The notes: a model not told the origin generated them from the letters alone. Counted from the first letter of the stretch, positions 1-33,824 are shown. The stretch: DNA of 64,000 nt from the human T2T-CHM13v2.0 reference genome, Homo sapiens (GCF_009914755.1 NC_060940.1); one strand, 5' to 3'. A program made the numbers and translations.

Positions 1-3131
<3,131 letters not shown>

Positions 3132-3648
3132 TTAATTTTTTTTTAAAGCCGTCCTTTGGGGTACTGGCTAGTGGCATGTGGCTTTGATTCTTAGCAACAG
3201 GCCTGTGGGTAAAATAAAGGACTTCAAGGATTGGATGTTTTGTAGCTGATTGAATAACTAAAAAAAAAAAAGAGAGAGAGAGAGAAAAAAAAAACACAGC
3301 CTGTACCACCCTCCTCGTGGTTTCCAGGATCATATACATTCTATGTTCAATATCAAAAGACTGGCTGGAATTGTAAAAGCAAAGTCATTGAGTACAGTCA
3401 CATTTATAGGAAAGATCACTGACGAGATGCACGCACAATCCCAGCATTGTCTGCTAAACGGTAAGGCAGCTTCCCGAAGAAGAAAGGCCGTGGTTTGCTG
3501 CAGGAACACATTCAGCAGGGTTTCAAAGCCCCCTTCAGCTGGCAGGCTACAATGGCAGAGAAGTCAATGTCTCATGGATTATTCTACAAAGTATTTGGGA
3601 TTCTTATGGAGAAAGGAGGAGAACTGCAAATTTTGAGAGAGTCCAACA

Positions 3649-3696
3649 GGAATCGCTAACTGCAGGATTCGCTAACTGAAGGAATCGCTAACTGAA
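3649..3696. repeat. 16-bp minisatellite x3 (GGAATCGCTAACTGAA) in NQO1 intron 3
   Basis: ggaatcgctaactgca ggattcgctaactgaa ggaatcgctaactgaa read directly. Confidence 0.9.
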
Positions 3697-3788
3697 GGGG
3701 AGACTAAGTACCTGGAAGAAAGCAAGCTCAAGGACTGTACATCATCTCTGCAGCTGCATTTCTTTCTTTCTTTTTTTTTTTTTTTTGA

Positions 3789-4010
<222 letters not shown>

Positions 4011-4168
4011 TGATTCACCTGCCTTGGCCTCCCAAAGTGCTGGGATTACAGGCGTGAGCCACCGTGCCTGGCCTTGCAGTTGCATTTACACATGCAACAG
4101 TAATACAGCCAGATTCCCAATATCTGTGAAATCCATGTAATACTGCACCTTTAAAGTAATCACCCTTA

Positions 4169-4734
<566 letters not shown>

Positions 4735-4854
4735 TTACCAACCAGCAAACCTTCAGCTACAGGGGAGTTGCAGTCTGTAAAGGAGGGGGCGGCTTTGTTT
4801 GACATTAGGTTATTGCATTCCATCTCCTGTAGCCAGAAATGTATTTTCCCCTTA

Positions 4855-12066
<7,212 letters not shown>

Positions 12067-12591
12067 CCTGTGCCTGGCAGCCTGGAGCCGGTTCTGGTCT
12101 CCGTCAAACCAAAGGCATCAGTTTCCTCCACTCCTGTCCACCAATCGCCAGATATTCTCATTTTCTTCAGAAGCTCGGAATCCACATTTTTAAGTGAAAT
12201 CACCCATTTTAATGTTAGCAACTTATTTCAAAGTGTTTTAGATACTATAGACCAAAAGAGGTATGGGCTGTGACCGTAAGCCTGATTTGGCCTCTGACGG
12301 CCAGTTTCTGACCACAGTTTTGGAGGGAATTTCTGCTTCCAAGGTCAAGTTTCTCCTAAATGCCCACTAGAGTTCGTGGGGTGGAGTGAGGAAGGATCCG
12401 CGACACCGGATACAAACAGAAGCTCTCCTTCTCCCGGAGTCCGATCAAGGCTCATCCCAGGTCCCTAATCTCTTCCCTTTGTGGGTTTTGAGTCAAGGAA
12501 CAAAATTCAGGGCCAAGCCCCTACAACCTCCTCCACAGGCACCAGTGCTCGAGAGACGACCGCCAAGCACCCCGCCCTTTGCAGCACTCAC

Positions 12592-12598
12592 CGACCAT
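12592..12598 (-). CDS. NQO1: NQO1 exon 1 coding part (ATG GTC G); 5' UTR extends to about 12715
   Basis: Minus strand reads gagccATGGTCG|gtgagt: strong Kozak context plus consensus donor; phase 1 joins exon 2 (G+GC=Gly). Confidence 0.96.
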
Positions 12599-12741
12599 GG
12601 CTCTGGTGCAGTCCGGGGCGCTGATTGGCTGGGCTCGTGGTTGCCGGGGCGACCCTGGCCGGAACTAGGCTCTCGGTGAGCTGGGCGGCTCCGGCTGCAA
12701 CCTTGTGGGAGTCGCGTGTGTAGTGCACGGTGCATTCTCTC

Positions 12742-12748
12742 TTATATA
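12742..12748 (-). promoter_or_regulatory. NQO1: NQO1 TATA box (TATATAA), with a GC box at about 12784-12790 in a CpG-rich promoter
   Basis: TATATAA on the minus strand about 145 nt upstream of the ATG. Confidence 0.85.
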
Positions 12749-13158
12749 TCCTGTCCGGCCCGTTTGAGGTGGACAGCCTACAAGGGCGGGACCCAACGCC
12801 TGAATCCTGGGGTGCTGGGCGGAGGATGCTGAGGCTGCAGCTCCAGGAAGGGAGGGAGCCTGGGGGATGAAGGAGGGGCCTCTCCACTCTCACCCGCCGG
12901 AGCAACTGGTGGAAGTCAAGAAAAGTCTCTCGGGGCTGGGGGAGGGGATTGTAGGGGTGTGTGTGACAGAGGCCTCAAAAATCTGGCTGGGGGTGCTAAG
13001 GCAAGCCCATCTGCGCACTGTGCCCTGAGGTGCAAGAGGATGCAGGGTGGAAGTCGTCCCAAGAGAGTCCAGGGATCAAGTGGGCATGCCCTTTTAGCCT
13101 TGGCACGAAATGGAGCAGAAAAAGAGCCGGATGCGGATTACTGTGGTGCCCTAGGCTC

Positions 13159-13183
13159 AGATTCTGCTGAGTCACTGTGACTG
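13159..13183 (-). promoter_or_regulatory. NQO1: NQO1 antioxidant response element (NFE2L2/NRF2-small MAF site with embedded AP-1 site)
   Basis: Minus strand CAGTCACAGTGACTCAGCAGAATCT; core TGACTCAGCA at 13174-13165 fits the TGACnnnGC consensus; this is the classic human NQO1 ARE about 460 nt upstream of the TSS. Confidence 0.95.
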
Positions 13184-13373
13184 CGGATTTGGAAGGCTGA
13201 GAGTCCTGGGGAGACATGCTCCGTGGAGACGAATTTGTTTCTTCCTTTGCAAGATTCAGATTCTGCACTTGGGGGCCCATACAACACACTTCCCTGGGTG
13301 CATGCCACTGCACCACCCCTGCTCCTCAAGGCAGGTAATGGGGGAACTAATTGGTTTTGTTTCCCATGAGCTA

Positions 13374-13781
<408 letters not shown>

Positions 13782-14084
13782 CTAGAGCTTTAAAGTGGTA
13801 ATTAACCATCAGAAGAATTACAGATGGGGGAGGTGAGGATGACACAGGGCCCTTCCGTTGTCCCTCCAGTGCAAAAGTTAAGGAGGCACCAGAAAACTGG
13901 TTTCCAACTCCCGACCTCAGGTGATCCTACCGCCTCGGCCTCCCGAAGTGCTGGGATTACAGGCATGAGCCACCGCGCCCGGCCCCATCGTGACATTTTT
14001 GCATTCATTTTGATGCAACAAGAGAGGACTATATTATTTACACGTATTTACAAATTACTTTGGGAGGCTGAGGCAGGAGGATCA

Positions 14085-14387
14085 CTTGAGCCCAAGAGTT
14101 TGAGAAAAGCCTGAGCAACAAAGTGAGACCCCATCTGACAAAATAGTATAAAAGGACGTTTTAAAAAAGGGCTAGGTAGGCAGCCCTGTCCAATAGAACT
14201 TTCCCTATCTGTGCTGCCCAAGTAAGGTAGCCACAAGCTTCAAGTAGCTATTGAGCACTGGAAATGTGGCCAGCAGCCAGGCGTGGTGGCAGGCGCCTGT
14301 GTCCCAGCTACTCAGGATCTGAGGCAAAAAGATCGCTTGAGCCCAGGAATTCAAGGCCGCAGTGGTGGACTCAATAAAAGAAAAAAA
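14085..14387 (+). repeat. Left arm of perfect 303-bp inverted duplication (probable donor copy)
   Basis: Base-by-base reverse complement of 15144-15446 with no mismatch. Confidence 0.97.
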
Positions 14388-14800
14388 ATGGAAATTAAAA
14401 AAAAAAAAGTGGCCAGTGGACTGAGGAAGTGAAGTTTTAATTGTAATTAAATTAATTTTTTAAAAATTTATTTTTTGAGGCGGGGTTTCACTGTGTCGCC
14501 CAGGCTGGAGTGCAGTGGCAGGATCTTGGCTCACTGCAATCTCCATCTCCTGGGTTTAAGCAATTCTTGTGCCTCAGCTTCCTGAGTAGCTAGGACTACG
14601 GGCATGCACCACCACAGTCAGCCACTTTTTGTATTATTCGTAGAGATGAGTTTCACCATGTTAGCCAGGCTGGTCTCAAACTCCTGACCTCAGGTGATCT
14701 GCCCACCTCGGCCTCCCAAAGTGCTAGGATTACAGGCATGTGCCACTGCGCCTGGCTTTAATTAAATTTAGATAGCCACATGTCACTAGTGTTTGGAAAG
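14181..14800. mobile_element. MER3-like hAT-Charlie DNA transposon remnant interrupted by Alus
   Basis: CAGCCCTGTCCAATAGAACTTTC...GCTATTGAGCACTGGAAATGTGGC continues at about 14409 and at 14760 (TAGATAGCCACATGT). Confidence 0.7.
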
Positions 14801-15143
14801 ACCTGAGCTGGTTCAGATCGAGGCCGCAGTGTGCTGGCTATTCTATCTCTCACTCTTCTAGTGAGATTGTTTTCTCAATCACCAGTCTCCCTGACCCATC
14901 CAGAGGTGGGGCTCAAAGCCACAAAGCTCAAGTGTCGTGTTCGGTCGTTGGTTTCCAGCATGGCCAGTTCCCATCCTCAGTCATCTTGTTAACATGAACT
15001 ATATAGGGGCCCATCCCAAGTCATCTCATTAGCATAAACCATCAGGAGTGGTCTGAGAAGCCCACAATGAATAAGATGGACACTCCTATCATTTGGGATT
15101 TAGGGGCTCAGGGGCATGATGATAGTTCACTGCAGCCTCGACC

Positions 15144-15446
15144 TTTTTTTCTTTTATTGAGTCCACCACTGCGGCCTTGAATTCCTGGGCTCAAGCGATC
15201 TTTTTGCCTCAGATCCTGAGTAGCTGGGACACAGGCGCCTGCCACCACGCCTGGCTGCTGGCCACATTTCCAGTGCTCAATAGCTACTTGAAGCTTGTGG
15301 CTACCTTACTTGGGCAGCACAGATAGGGAAAGTTCTATTGGACAGGGCTGCCTACCTAGCCCTTTTTTAAAACGTCCTTTTATACTATTTTGTCAGATGG
15401 GGTCTCACTTTGTTGCTCAGGCTTTTCTCAAACTCTTGGGCTCAAG
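15144..15446 (-). repeat. Right arm of perfect 303-bp inverted duplication (probable inserted copy, splits an antisense Alu)
   Basis: Identical reverse complement of 14085-14387; flanks gcctcgacc| and |caatcctcctgcc are adjacent Alu sequence. Confidence 0.97.
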
Positions 15447-15511
15447 CAATCCTCCTGCCCCAGCCTCCTGAGTAGCTGAGATGACAGGTGCATGCCACCG
15501 TGCCTGGCTAA

Positions 15512-16315
<804 letters not shown>

Positions 16316-16461
16316 TTACACAGGTGTATGTATTTATTAAAATCCGCTGAAAAGTACATTTTAAATACAAGCATTTTATTGTATGCATGTTATTCCTCAA
16401 CAAAGTCCATTTTTAAAAAGTAGAGTGGTTGGAGTGATGACGAACATTATGAAAGGGCTTA

Positions 16462-16734
<273 letters not shown>

Positions 16735-17043
16735 CTAGGTGTGGTGGTGTGCACCTGTGGATCCAGCTACTCAGGAGGCTGAGATGGGTGGATCATCTGA
16801 GCCTGGGAAGTCGACGCTATAGTGAGCTGTGACTGTACCACTGCACTCCAACCTAGGCAGCACAGTGACACCCTATCTAAAAACAAAAAGAAAAAACAAA
16901 AACCCAAGTGGGTTGATTGGGAAACACAGGAGATAGAAGTTAAAATCATGGGGAAATATCAGTCAAATCACAGTGTGGGACATTCTACAGGACAACCAAC
17001 CTGGTTTATCCCATAATTCAGTGCTATAAGAAAAATGAAGGAG

Positions 17044-19050
17044 TGTATATTGATCAGGATTTTCCAGAGAAACAGAACCAATTGAATTTCTATAAATATA
17101 TAAAAAGCAATATATTGCTGGGTGCAGGGCTCACACCTTGTGATGGTTAATAATGAGTGTCAACTTGATTGGATTGAAGGATGCAAAGTATTGATCCTGG
17201 GTGTGTCTGTGAGGGCGTTACCAAAGGAGGTGAACATTTGAGTCAGTGGGACTGGGAAGGGCGGACCCATCCTCAATCTGGGTGGGCACCAACTAATCAG
17301 CTGCCAGTGCGGCCAGAATATAAAGCAGGCAGAAAAACGTGAAAAGACTAGACTAGGCCTGGTGCCGTGGCTCACGCCTGTAATCCCAGCACTTTGGGAG
17401 GCCGAGACGGGTGGATCACTTGAAGTCAGGAGTTCAAGACCAGCCTGGCCAATATGGCAAAACTCATCTCTGCTAAAAATACAAAAAAATTTAGCTGGGT
17501 GTTGTGGTGCATGCCTATAATGCCAGCTACTCAGGAGGCTGAGGCAGGAGAATAGCTTGAACCCAGGAAGCAGAGGTTGCGGTGAGCCGAGATCACACCG
17601 CTGTACTCCAACCTGGGTGACAGAGACTCACCTCACCAAAAAAAAAAAAAAAATAAGTGGGGCTAGACTGGCCTAGCCTCCCAGTCTACATCTTTCTTCT
17701 GTGCTGGATGTTTCCTGCCCTCCAACATCAGACTCCAAGTTCTTCAGCTTTGGGACTCGGACTGGCTTCCTTGCTCCTCAGCTTACAGATGGCCTATTGT
17801 GGGGCCTTGTGATTGTGTGAGTTAATACTACATATGTCTATCTTATTACTTCTGTCCCTCTACAGAAACCTGACTAATACACACCTGTAATCCCAGCACT
17901 TTGGGAGGGCAAGGCAGGCGGATCCCTTGAGGCCAGAAATTTGAGACCAGCCTGGGCAACACAGCAAGACCCCATCTCTACAAAACATAATTTTAAATAA
18001 AATTAGGCCGGTGTGGTATTATGCGTCTGTAGTCCCCCTCACTTGGGAGGCTGAGGTGGGAGGATTGCTTGAGCCCAGACAGTGAAGGCTGCAGTGAGCC
18101 AAAGATCTCACCATCGCACCCCAGTTTGGGTGGCAGAGTGAGATCCTGCCTCAAAGAAAAAAAAAAACAAACAGGTGTGGTGGCTCACACCTGTAATTCC
18201 AACACTTTGGGAGGCTGGGGCGGGCAGATCACTTGAGGTCAGGAGTTTGAGACCAGCCTGGCCAATATGGCAAAACTCCATCTCTACTAAAAATATGAAA
18301 ATTAGCTGGGCGTGGTGGCATGTGCCTGTGATCCCAGCACTTTGGGAGGCCCAGGCGGGCAGATCACGAGGTCAGGAGTTCAAGACCAGCCTGGCCAACA
18401 TGGTGAAACCCCGTCTCTATTAAAAATACAAAAATTAGCCAGGTGTGATGGTACATGCCTATAGGCCCAGCTACTCGGCAGGAGGAGAATTGCTTGAACC
18501 CTGGAGACAGAGGTTGCAGCAAGCCGAGATCACACCACTGCACTCCAGCCTGGGCAACAGAGGGAGACTCCATCTCAAAAAGAAAAAAAAAAGCTGTATT
18601 TTATGAGGGATTGGCTCATTTGATTCTGGAGGCTGGGAAGTCACACAATCTGCTGTCTGTAAGCAGGAGGCTGGGGAAAGCTGGTGGTGTGGTTTTGGTC
18701 CAAACTCAAGAGTGAGAACCAGGGGAGCCAGCGTTGCAAGTGCCACTCCCAGTCCAAAGGCCCAAGAACCAGGAACAGCAGTGCCCGAGAGCAAGAGAAG
18801 ATGATGTCCCACCTCAAGAAAAGAGTAAGCAAATTTACCCGGCCTCCTCCTCTCTATTGTACTCGGGCCTTTGGTGGCGTGGATGATGCCTGCCCACCTT
18901 GGTGAGGGCAATTTTCCTTAATGCAGCCTGCCGATCCAAATGCTCATCTCTCTCCCAGAAACGCCCTCCCAGACACACCTAGAAACAATGTTCCACCAGC
19001 TATCTGAGCATTCCTTGCCCAGTCAAGCTGACATGTAAAATTAACCATCA
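17044..19050 (-). mobile_element. MLT2B-like ERVL LTR split by nested insertions
   Basis: Starts ..CAGGATTTTCCAGAGAAACAGAACCAAT, resumes at about 18595 and ends GTCAAGCTGACATGTAAAATTAACCATCA, matching recalled antisense MLT2B. Confidence 0.7.
17139..17881 (+). mobile_element. MLT2A1-like (HERV-L) solo LTR with 5-bp TSD CACCT, containing an Alu at about 17356-17655
   Basis: TGTGATGGTTAATAATGAGTGTCAACTTGATTGGATTGAAGG...CCTGACTAATACA with TG..CA termini; CACCT at 17134-17138 and 17882-17886. Confidence 0.85.
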
Positions 19051-19159
19051 GTTAATTGTGTTAAAGAATGTAAGAGATTTAACAAGATAAAACAAGCAAA
19101 TGTCATATGCAGACATTGTTTGGATCTTGATTCAAACAAACATCTATAAAAAGACATCT

Positions 19160-27935
<8,776 letters not shown>

Positions 27936-28412
27936 CTAAGCTGAAATCTTGGCCCAGCCACTCACATGCTGTGTCACTTACCTCTTGTAGCTCAGGACTG
28001 CTCGAAATAACAGCAGCCGTACCCTGTATTAACGTTCTATGGATTAAATGGGCTAATGTAGAGTAAGTACTTAACAGAGTTTGTTTCATAGCTCTTCGCA
28101 ATGGAACATTAGGCAGCTGAAGAACGAACTGATACAGGGTGACTTCCAGTGCTGTCATGTTACATAATAGTAATGTACCAATGTGATATTTCTTGAATTT
28201 GCTAACTCTACCGTGGTTATGCAAAAGAATATCCTTTTCCTAGACGACTCATACTTTGTGACTGTGTGTGCAGAGAAACATGAGGCGGAACCGTGGGGAA
28301 TCCAGGTGAAAGGCCATCAGGGAGCTCACCACGTTGCACTTTCCAGACGAATAGAAACTATTCTCAAAAAAAGAACAGGTTAAAAGAAAAGAAAGAAATG
28401 GTAGTTCTTAGT

Positions 28413-28418
28413 TTTATT
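28413..28418 (-). terminator. NOB1: NOB1 polyadenylation signal AATAAA followed by a U-rich downstream element (28398-28381)
   Basis: tttatt on the plus strand about 440 nt downstream of the stop; pyrimidine run just downstream on the minus strand. Confidence 0.75.
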
Positions 28419-28859
28419 ATAACCTTGTATTTTCTGGCAAAAATATAAATCTAAATGCATGATCTCTGGGCACACAGCTCAAGTATCAGCCTTGAGATGA
28501 CCTAAGCAGCAAAAATTTGGCCTATTTAATTAAATGCACAGGAGGTTGCAGCCGCATTTATTAGAAAAATATTATCCTTTGGAAATTCCTTTCTTGAAGA
28601 TTGGCTCCAGGGCGTTGTTCTTTCTGTTTTTATGCAATTGCACTTCCTTGGCAGGCAGCCAGGCGCTCCGGTGCTCACAGGCCATGGGACAGTCCAGTTC
28701 CCTGCAGACCCAGCGGGGCATGGGCGGACAGAGCCGCACCGTGAAGCCCGCCTGTTATTTCCATCGGGTGGTCCTGGAGACGACACGGCTGGGGAAATGG
28801 GTCACCGGAACTCCACGGCGGCCAGACGCCCATCCAATTTGCCTGCGGGAACTCGCTCT

Positions 28860-29129
28860 TCACCTTTTCTTCACAAACTTCTTTCTGGAAGCGTTGGGAT
28901 TTAAGCGTCTCCGCCCAGCTCCCAAGGTGCTGTCCCGGACCTGCAGGGTAGCTGAGCGGCTGGAGATGTCATTCTCGACAAAGGGTGACACCCCGGCGAT
29001 GTAGTCAGGGGCGAACACGTTGGTTTTCTGCCTGGCCTTTTGGGAGAGTCGCAGCTGAGGGAAGCGCTGATCCTCGGTGAGATGGGGGTTGATGGCGTAT
29101 TTGCCCCCTTTGGGAGTGGGAAGCGAGTA
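28860..29129 (-). CDS. NOB1: NOB1 exon 9 coding part (YSLPTPKGGK...RKKFVKKR, TGA)
   Basis: cag acceptor at 29132-29130; TGA at 28862-28860; nine exons sum to 1239 nt = 412 aa plus stop. Confidence 0.97.
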   Translation of the reverse strand, partial: YSLPTPKGGKYAINPHLTEDQRFPQLRLSQKARQKTNVFAPDYIAGVSPFVENDISSRSATLQVRDSTLGAGRRRLNPNASRKKFVKKR

Positions 29130-31401
29130 CTGGAAATAAGACAAGGAAGGGCCATTAGAAGAAGGGGAGCCACAGTCACACAAGGCCATGGCTGGTAAGG
29201 TGCAGCCGACCTTGCAGATCCTGGTGCAGGCAGATGACAGCGGGTGGTAATTGACTGCCTACCATGTGCTACGTGTGACATGCCGCCGCCTCCCACCTGA
29301 TTCCCACCTCAATTCACACACGAAAAACCGAACACGGTATTTTGACTACATACCTTCAGCTAAAGACAATACAGAAATAGAAATACAAAACATTCCAGTG
29401 TGTATTTACACACACATGTATGTATTTCCTAGCTCTGTCCATTGTAGCCAAGACGCAATGACACTGCAGGACAACAGACACACCCAGTCCCCAGATCTTT
29501 ACTTCTAAAAACCATCCTGCATAAAAAACCAGAGCTCCTGAGAGAAATGGCGGATTCTGGGGCACAGGCAGGAGATGGCTGAGTCTCTGGGAACTTCTTG
29601 TTGTGCCATAAAGTTTGACAGACCAGGATCTGTCAAAAGAACACAGGCTCCCACTGGCCACACATGGCACAACGCGAGGCTCAAAATGACAGTGATAGAT
29701 CACAACCTGTAGACTATGACAGAAATCCACAAGACCACACTCATAGAAATCAATAAATGAGACTAAAAGGAAAGTTCTTCTTTACAGTATAATACCAGGT
29801 CATAAACATGGAAGGAATGACAGAAAATCACCATTTGGCAATAATCACTATAATAACTGTTTCAGGCAACCTTAGGTAAGTTCAACGAGAAATAATATAT
29901 ACAAAGTCTCAGTCTCTTTCTACAAATTAAGTATTATAAATAACTTTACAGGGGATTAAGGTGGCAGAAGCCACTGAACCAAGTGATTGAAGTTAGTATC
30001 ACCAGTAAATTAGACAATTAGCATTTACCCACTGAAACGAAGTCCTGAGAAGGACACATCAGGATCACCTCTGGCGTGTTCCTGCCAAAACTGCATAGCC
30101 CCAATCTAATCCAATCCCGAGGAAATACCAGACACACGCAAGGGAAAGGACATTCTACAAAGGAACGGACTCATACTCTTCGAAAAGTGTCAAGGTCATC
30201 TACGACAAAAGACTGAAAGGACCCCAGTCGAAAAAAGACAAGATGACAAAATGCAACGTTTCATCCTAGACTGGATTCTGGACCCAAAAAATCCCCTTCT
30301 TTTGTCAGAAAGGAAATTTGTGGAACAACTGGCAAAATCTGGAGTTGGGTCTGCAGATTACACACTGGTATCGCAGCGATGCTGATTTCTTGATTTTGAT
30401 AATTACACTGTGGTTACATAAGATAAAGTCCTTGTTTCAAGGCAAAAGGGCATTATGTGTACAATCTACTCAGATGGTTCAGGAAAAAAATATGTACATG
30501 TATAAAGAGAAAGCAGACGTGGTACATGATTAACCCTGGGAAATCCAGGTGACGGGTAAACAGGAATTATTAGCCGGGTGCAGTGGCTCACGCCTGTAAT
30601 CCCAGCACTTTGGGAGGCTGAGGTGGGCGAATCACCTGAGGTCAGGAGTTTGAGAACATCCTGGCCAACATGGCAAAACCCCATCTCTACTAAAGATAAA
30701 TTAGCCAAGCATGGTGGCGTGTGCCTGTAGTCCCAGCTACTTGGGAGGCTGAGGCAGGAGAATCGCTTGAACCCCAGAGGTGGAGTTTCAGTGAGCCAAG
30801 ATCACGCCACTGCATTCCAGCCTGGGTGACAGAGTGAGACCCTGTCTCAAACAACAAGAAAAACCCCAGGAATTGTTTGTACTGTTTTTACAACTTTTCT
30901 ATAAGTTGAAAATTATTTCAAAATTGAAAGTGAAGGTTCTTCTCATGCACATGTGGCTATTTTACTGCTGGGAGAAGCCAGTGCCACTCATTCGTCCTCC
31001 AATCCTTCCCTCCCGATTCTCTGCGTCGGCAGCTGCTGCTCATCTAGCCCGTCCGGCCCTCTCTTCCGTGCTGTGCTTTCCACACCCGTTCCTCTCTGCG
31101 TCATGGGCTTCCCGAGACCCTGCCCATCCTTCAACTCCTGCACAAATCTAACCTCCGCCTTACTCCAAATGAGTTCCCACTTCGTGAGCCGCTACTGTAG
31201 CCTTTCACAACTACTGCCTGAATAACCGGTCGCTTCTCATGAGATGGCATCTGTCACACACTCTCCCCACTCCGTCTTGGTACCTAGGTCACAGGCTTTC
31301 AATCGCCCATCTTGCAGAAACGACTAGACTAGGTTTTCTTTTGTCCTTTCTGTTCTTTTTCACTCTGGTGTTGGGAGGGGACTGGGAGAGGCGCCACTCA
31401 C

Positions 31402-31546
31402 CCGGAGGCCGCGGGGGTTCAGCACCTTGGGGTTGCGGGAGAAGTGCATGTGCAGGGTGCCGTCGTCGCTGACGGTCACGGACACTTTCTTCAGGGTCTT
31501 GTTCCCACAGTGTGAGCAGAACACTCGGCTCATGTCAGACGTTGTC
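31402..31546 (-). CDS. NOB1: NOB1 exon 8 (TTSDMSRVFCSHCGNKTL...NPRGLR; second zinc-ribbon CxxC)
   Basis: AG/GT boundaries, 145 nt, phase consistent. Confidence 0.97.
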
Positions 31547-33563
31547 CTGGGAGACACAAAAGGAGATGATCTGTACCAAAGCCACAGGCAGCAAACGCCT
31601 CCCCAGAGCACAAGGTGGGTCTCGGGCCTCAGGAGAAGAAACAGGGAAGGGCTGAACCGCACCACACATGTCACAAAGACGGAGGCCACTGAAGCTGTCA
31701 GCAAAGGGCTGCCGCATCCCTCTGAGGGACAGATAAACCACAGGAGGGGCAGGTAAGGAAGTGTGCAAGCGAGCAGGATGCAGTTAGGTGAATCCCGAAC
31801 CCTTCCTACACACCGCCAGGCCCTGTTCTGTAGGGTTCACATCACTAGTCCTGGGAGGATGGCACCGTCTCCATTTTACAGATGGGGAAACTGAGGCAAG
31901 TTAAGGCAGCTTGCTCAAGGTCACCCAGCTGGTCCATGGCAGATAAACCCAGGCAGTCTGGCTCCAGAATCAATGCCCTTCACATCACGGCACTTTCTCG
32001 AGGGGCACCTCGTCACACCACGAGCTACCTTTTCTCCAAATGTCAGCCTGGGTGTTAACTCGGGAGCAGCTCTGGAGGCGGCAGAGCATATTAATGAGAG
32101 AGACAGGAAACATGCTGCTGTGGCTGAACTAAGCCCGGGCACTGAGTGCAGAACCAAGGCTTCCCCCACCTATGCACTCAAGCCCCGACAGTGGACTCTC
32201 GACAGGAGAAAGCTGCTGCTATCAGCGGCAAAGCAGTGGCCCTGGTCCCTGTCCTTGTGGAGTTCTCCATCAATTCCCAATGGTCAAGACAAAAGAGCTG
32301 CGTGGAATGGCTGGAGAAGCCAAATGCCTTACCTGAAGTCTCTTGTGAGTGAACTAAGCACCTCATAACAAGTGTTGGGACCTAATTATTTTGTACATCA
32401 AACTGTGCAGTCACGGGGCTAATCTGACAAGCATGAAGAACATTCCAAGTGTTTCTAAGAATTGAGTGTTAATCTGGTGAATTTAGTGCTTCTGTAACAA
32501 AGGACGTTGGAGAAAATGGAATTTTATGAAGCCAGGAGCTTTACTATCATGAGCCTGACGCAGCAAAGGGACGTAAAGCTTCAGAGGAAGGTATGGGCCG
32601 CTCTGAGGAGTGGCTGGCCACCAGCAGAGCCACAGTGGCTGGCGGGGTGGGGCCCCAAGCCTGAGTGCTGGGTTATGCTCAGGACTTCAGGGAATGAGGC
32701 TTCACACAGGCAACGCCCCGCCCACTGGAAGAGCTGGGGACCCAGAGAGGCACCTTTGATGATTCAGAAAGTTCCTCATCGGCCTCTACAACAAGGGGCA
32801 CCACCAGATGATCTACGTGATGCCCCCAGACCCAGCCTGAGCCTGCAGAATGGCAGATGCCACCCTAGAGTAGGTCCTCAGGCCACACTCCACCAGCAAG
32901 GCTGCGGCAGAGGCTCTTCCACGCCTACCAGGCGGTTTCCAAGGTCCCAGAGGCCTCCCTACAGAACACCAGCCTGACCCACCACAGGAACCAACTCAAG
33001 AGTCAGAAAAGCAATGAGAGGTCAGTGGTCAAGAAACTAACAGTTCACCCGATAGGCACGCTGCTTATGTATTGGATACCACAGAGTCCTTGACACAACT
33101 GTCTTCCTAGTTCCTCACAACCACCTTCTCAATCTTATTAAGCATCTCATAGGGCCGGGTGTGGTGGCTCATGCCTGCAATCGCAGCTCTTTGGGAGGCC
33201 GAGGCAGGCAGATCACTTGAGCTCAGGCATTTGAGATCAGCCTAGCCAACACAGTGAAACCCTGTCACTACTAAAAATACAAAAAGTTAGCCAGATGTGG
33301 TGGCGGGTGCCTGTAGTCCCAGCTACTCAGGAGGCTGGGACAGGAGAATTGCTTGAACCCGGGAGGCAGAGATTGCAGTGAGCCTAGACTGTGCCACTGC
33401 TCTCCAGGCAACAGAGAGACTCTGTCTCAGAAAAAAACAAAAAAACCCAAAAACCAAAAACAAGAATCTGGGCCAGGCGCGGTGGCTCATGCCTGTAATC
33501 TCAGCACTTTGGGAGGCTGAGTTCGGCGGATCAGAGGTCAGGAGATCAACACTATCCTGGCTA

Positions 33564-33824
<261 letters not shown>

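Noticed and set aside
3649-3696. Short direct repeats as a CRISPR-like array
   Set aside because: Repeats are contiguous with no spacers, and the context is a mammalian intron
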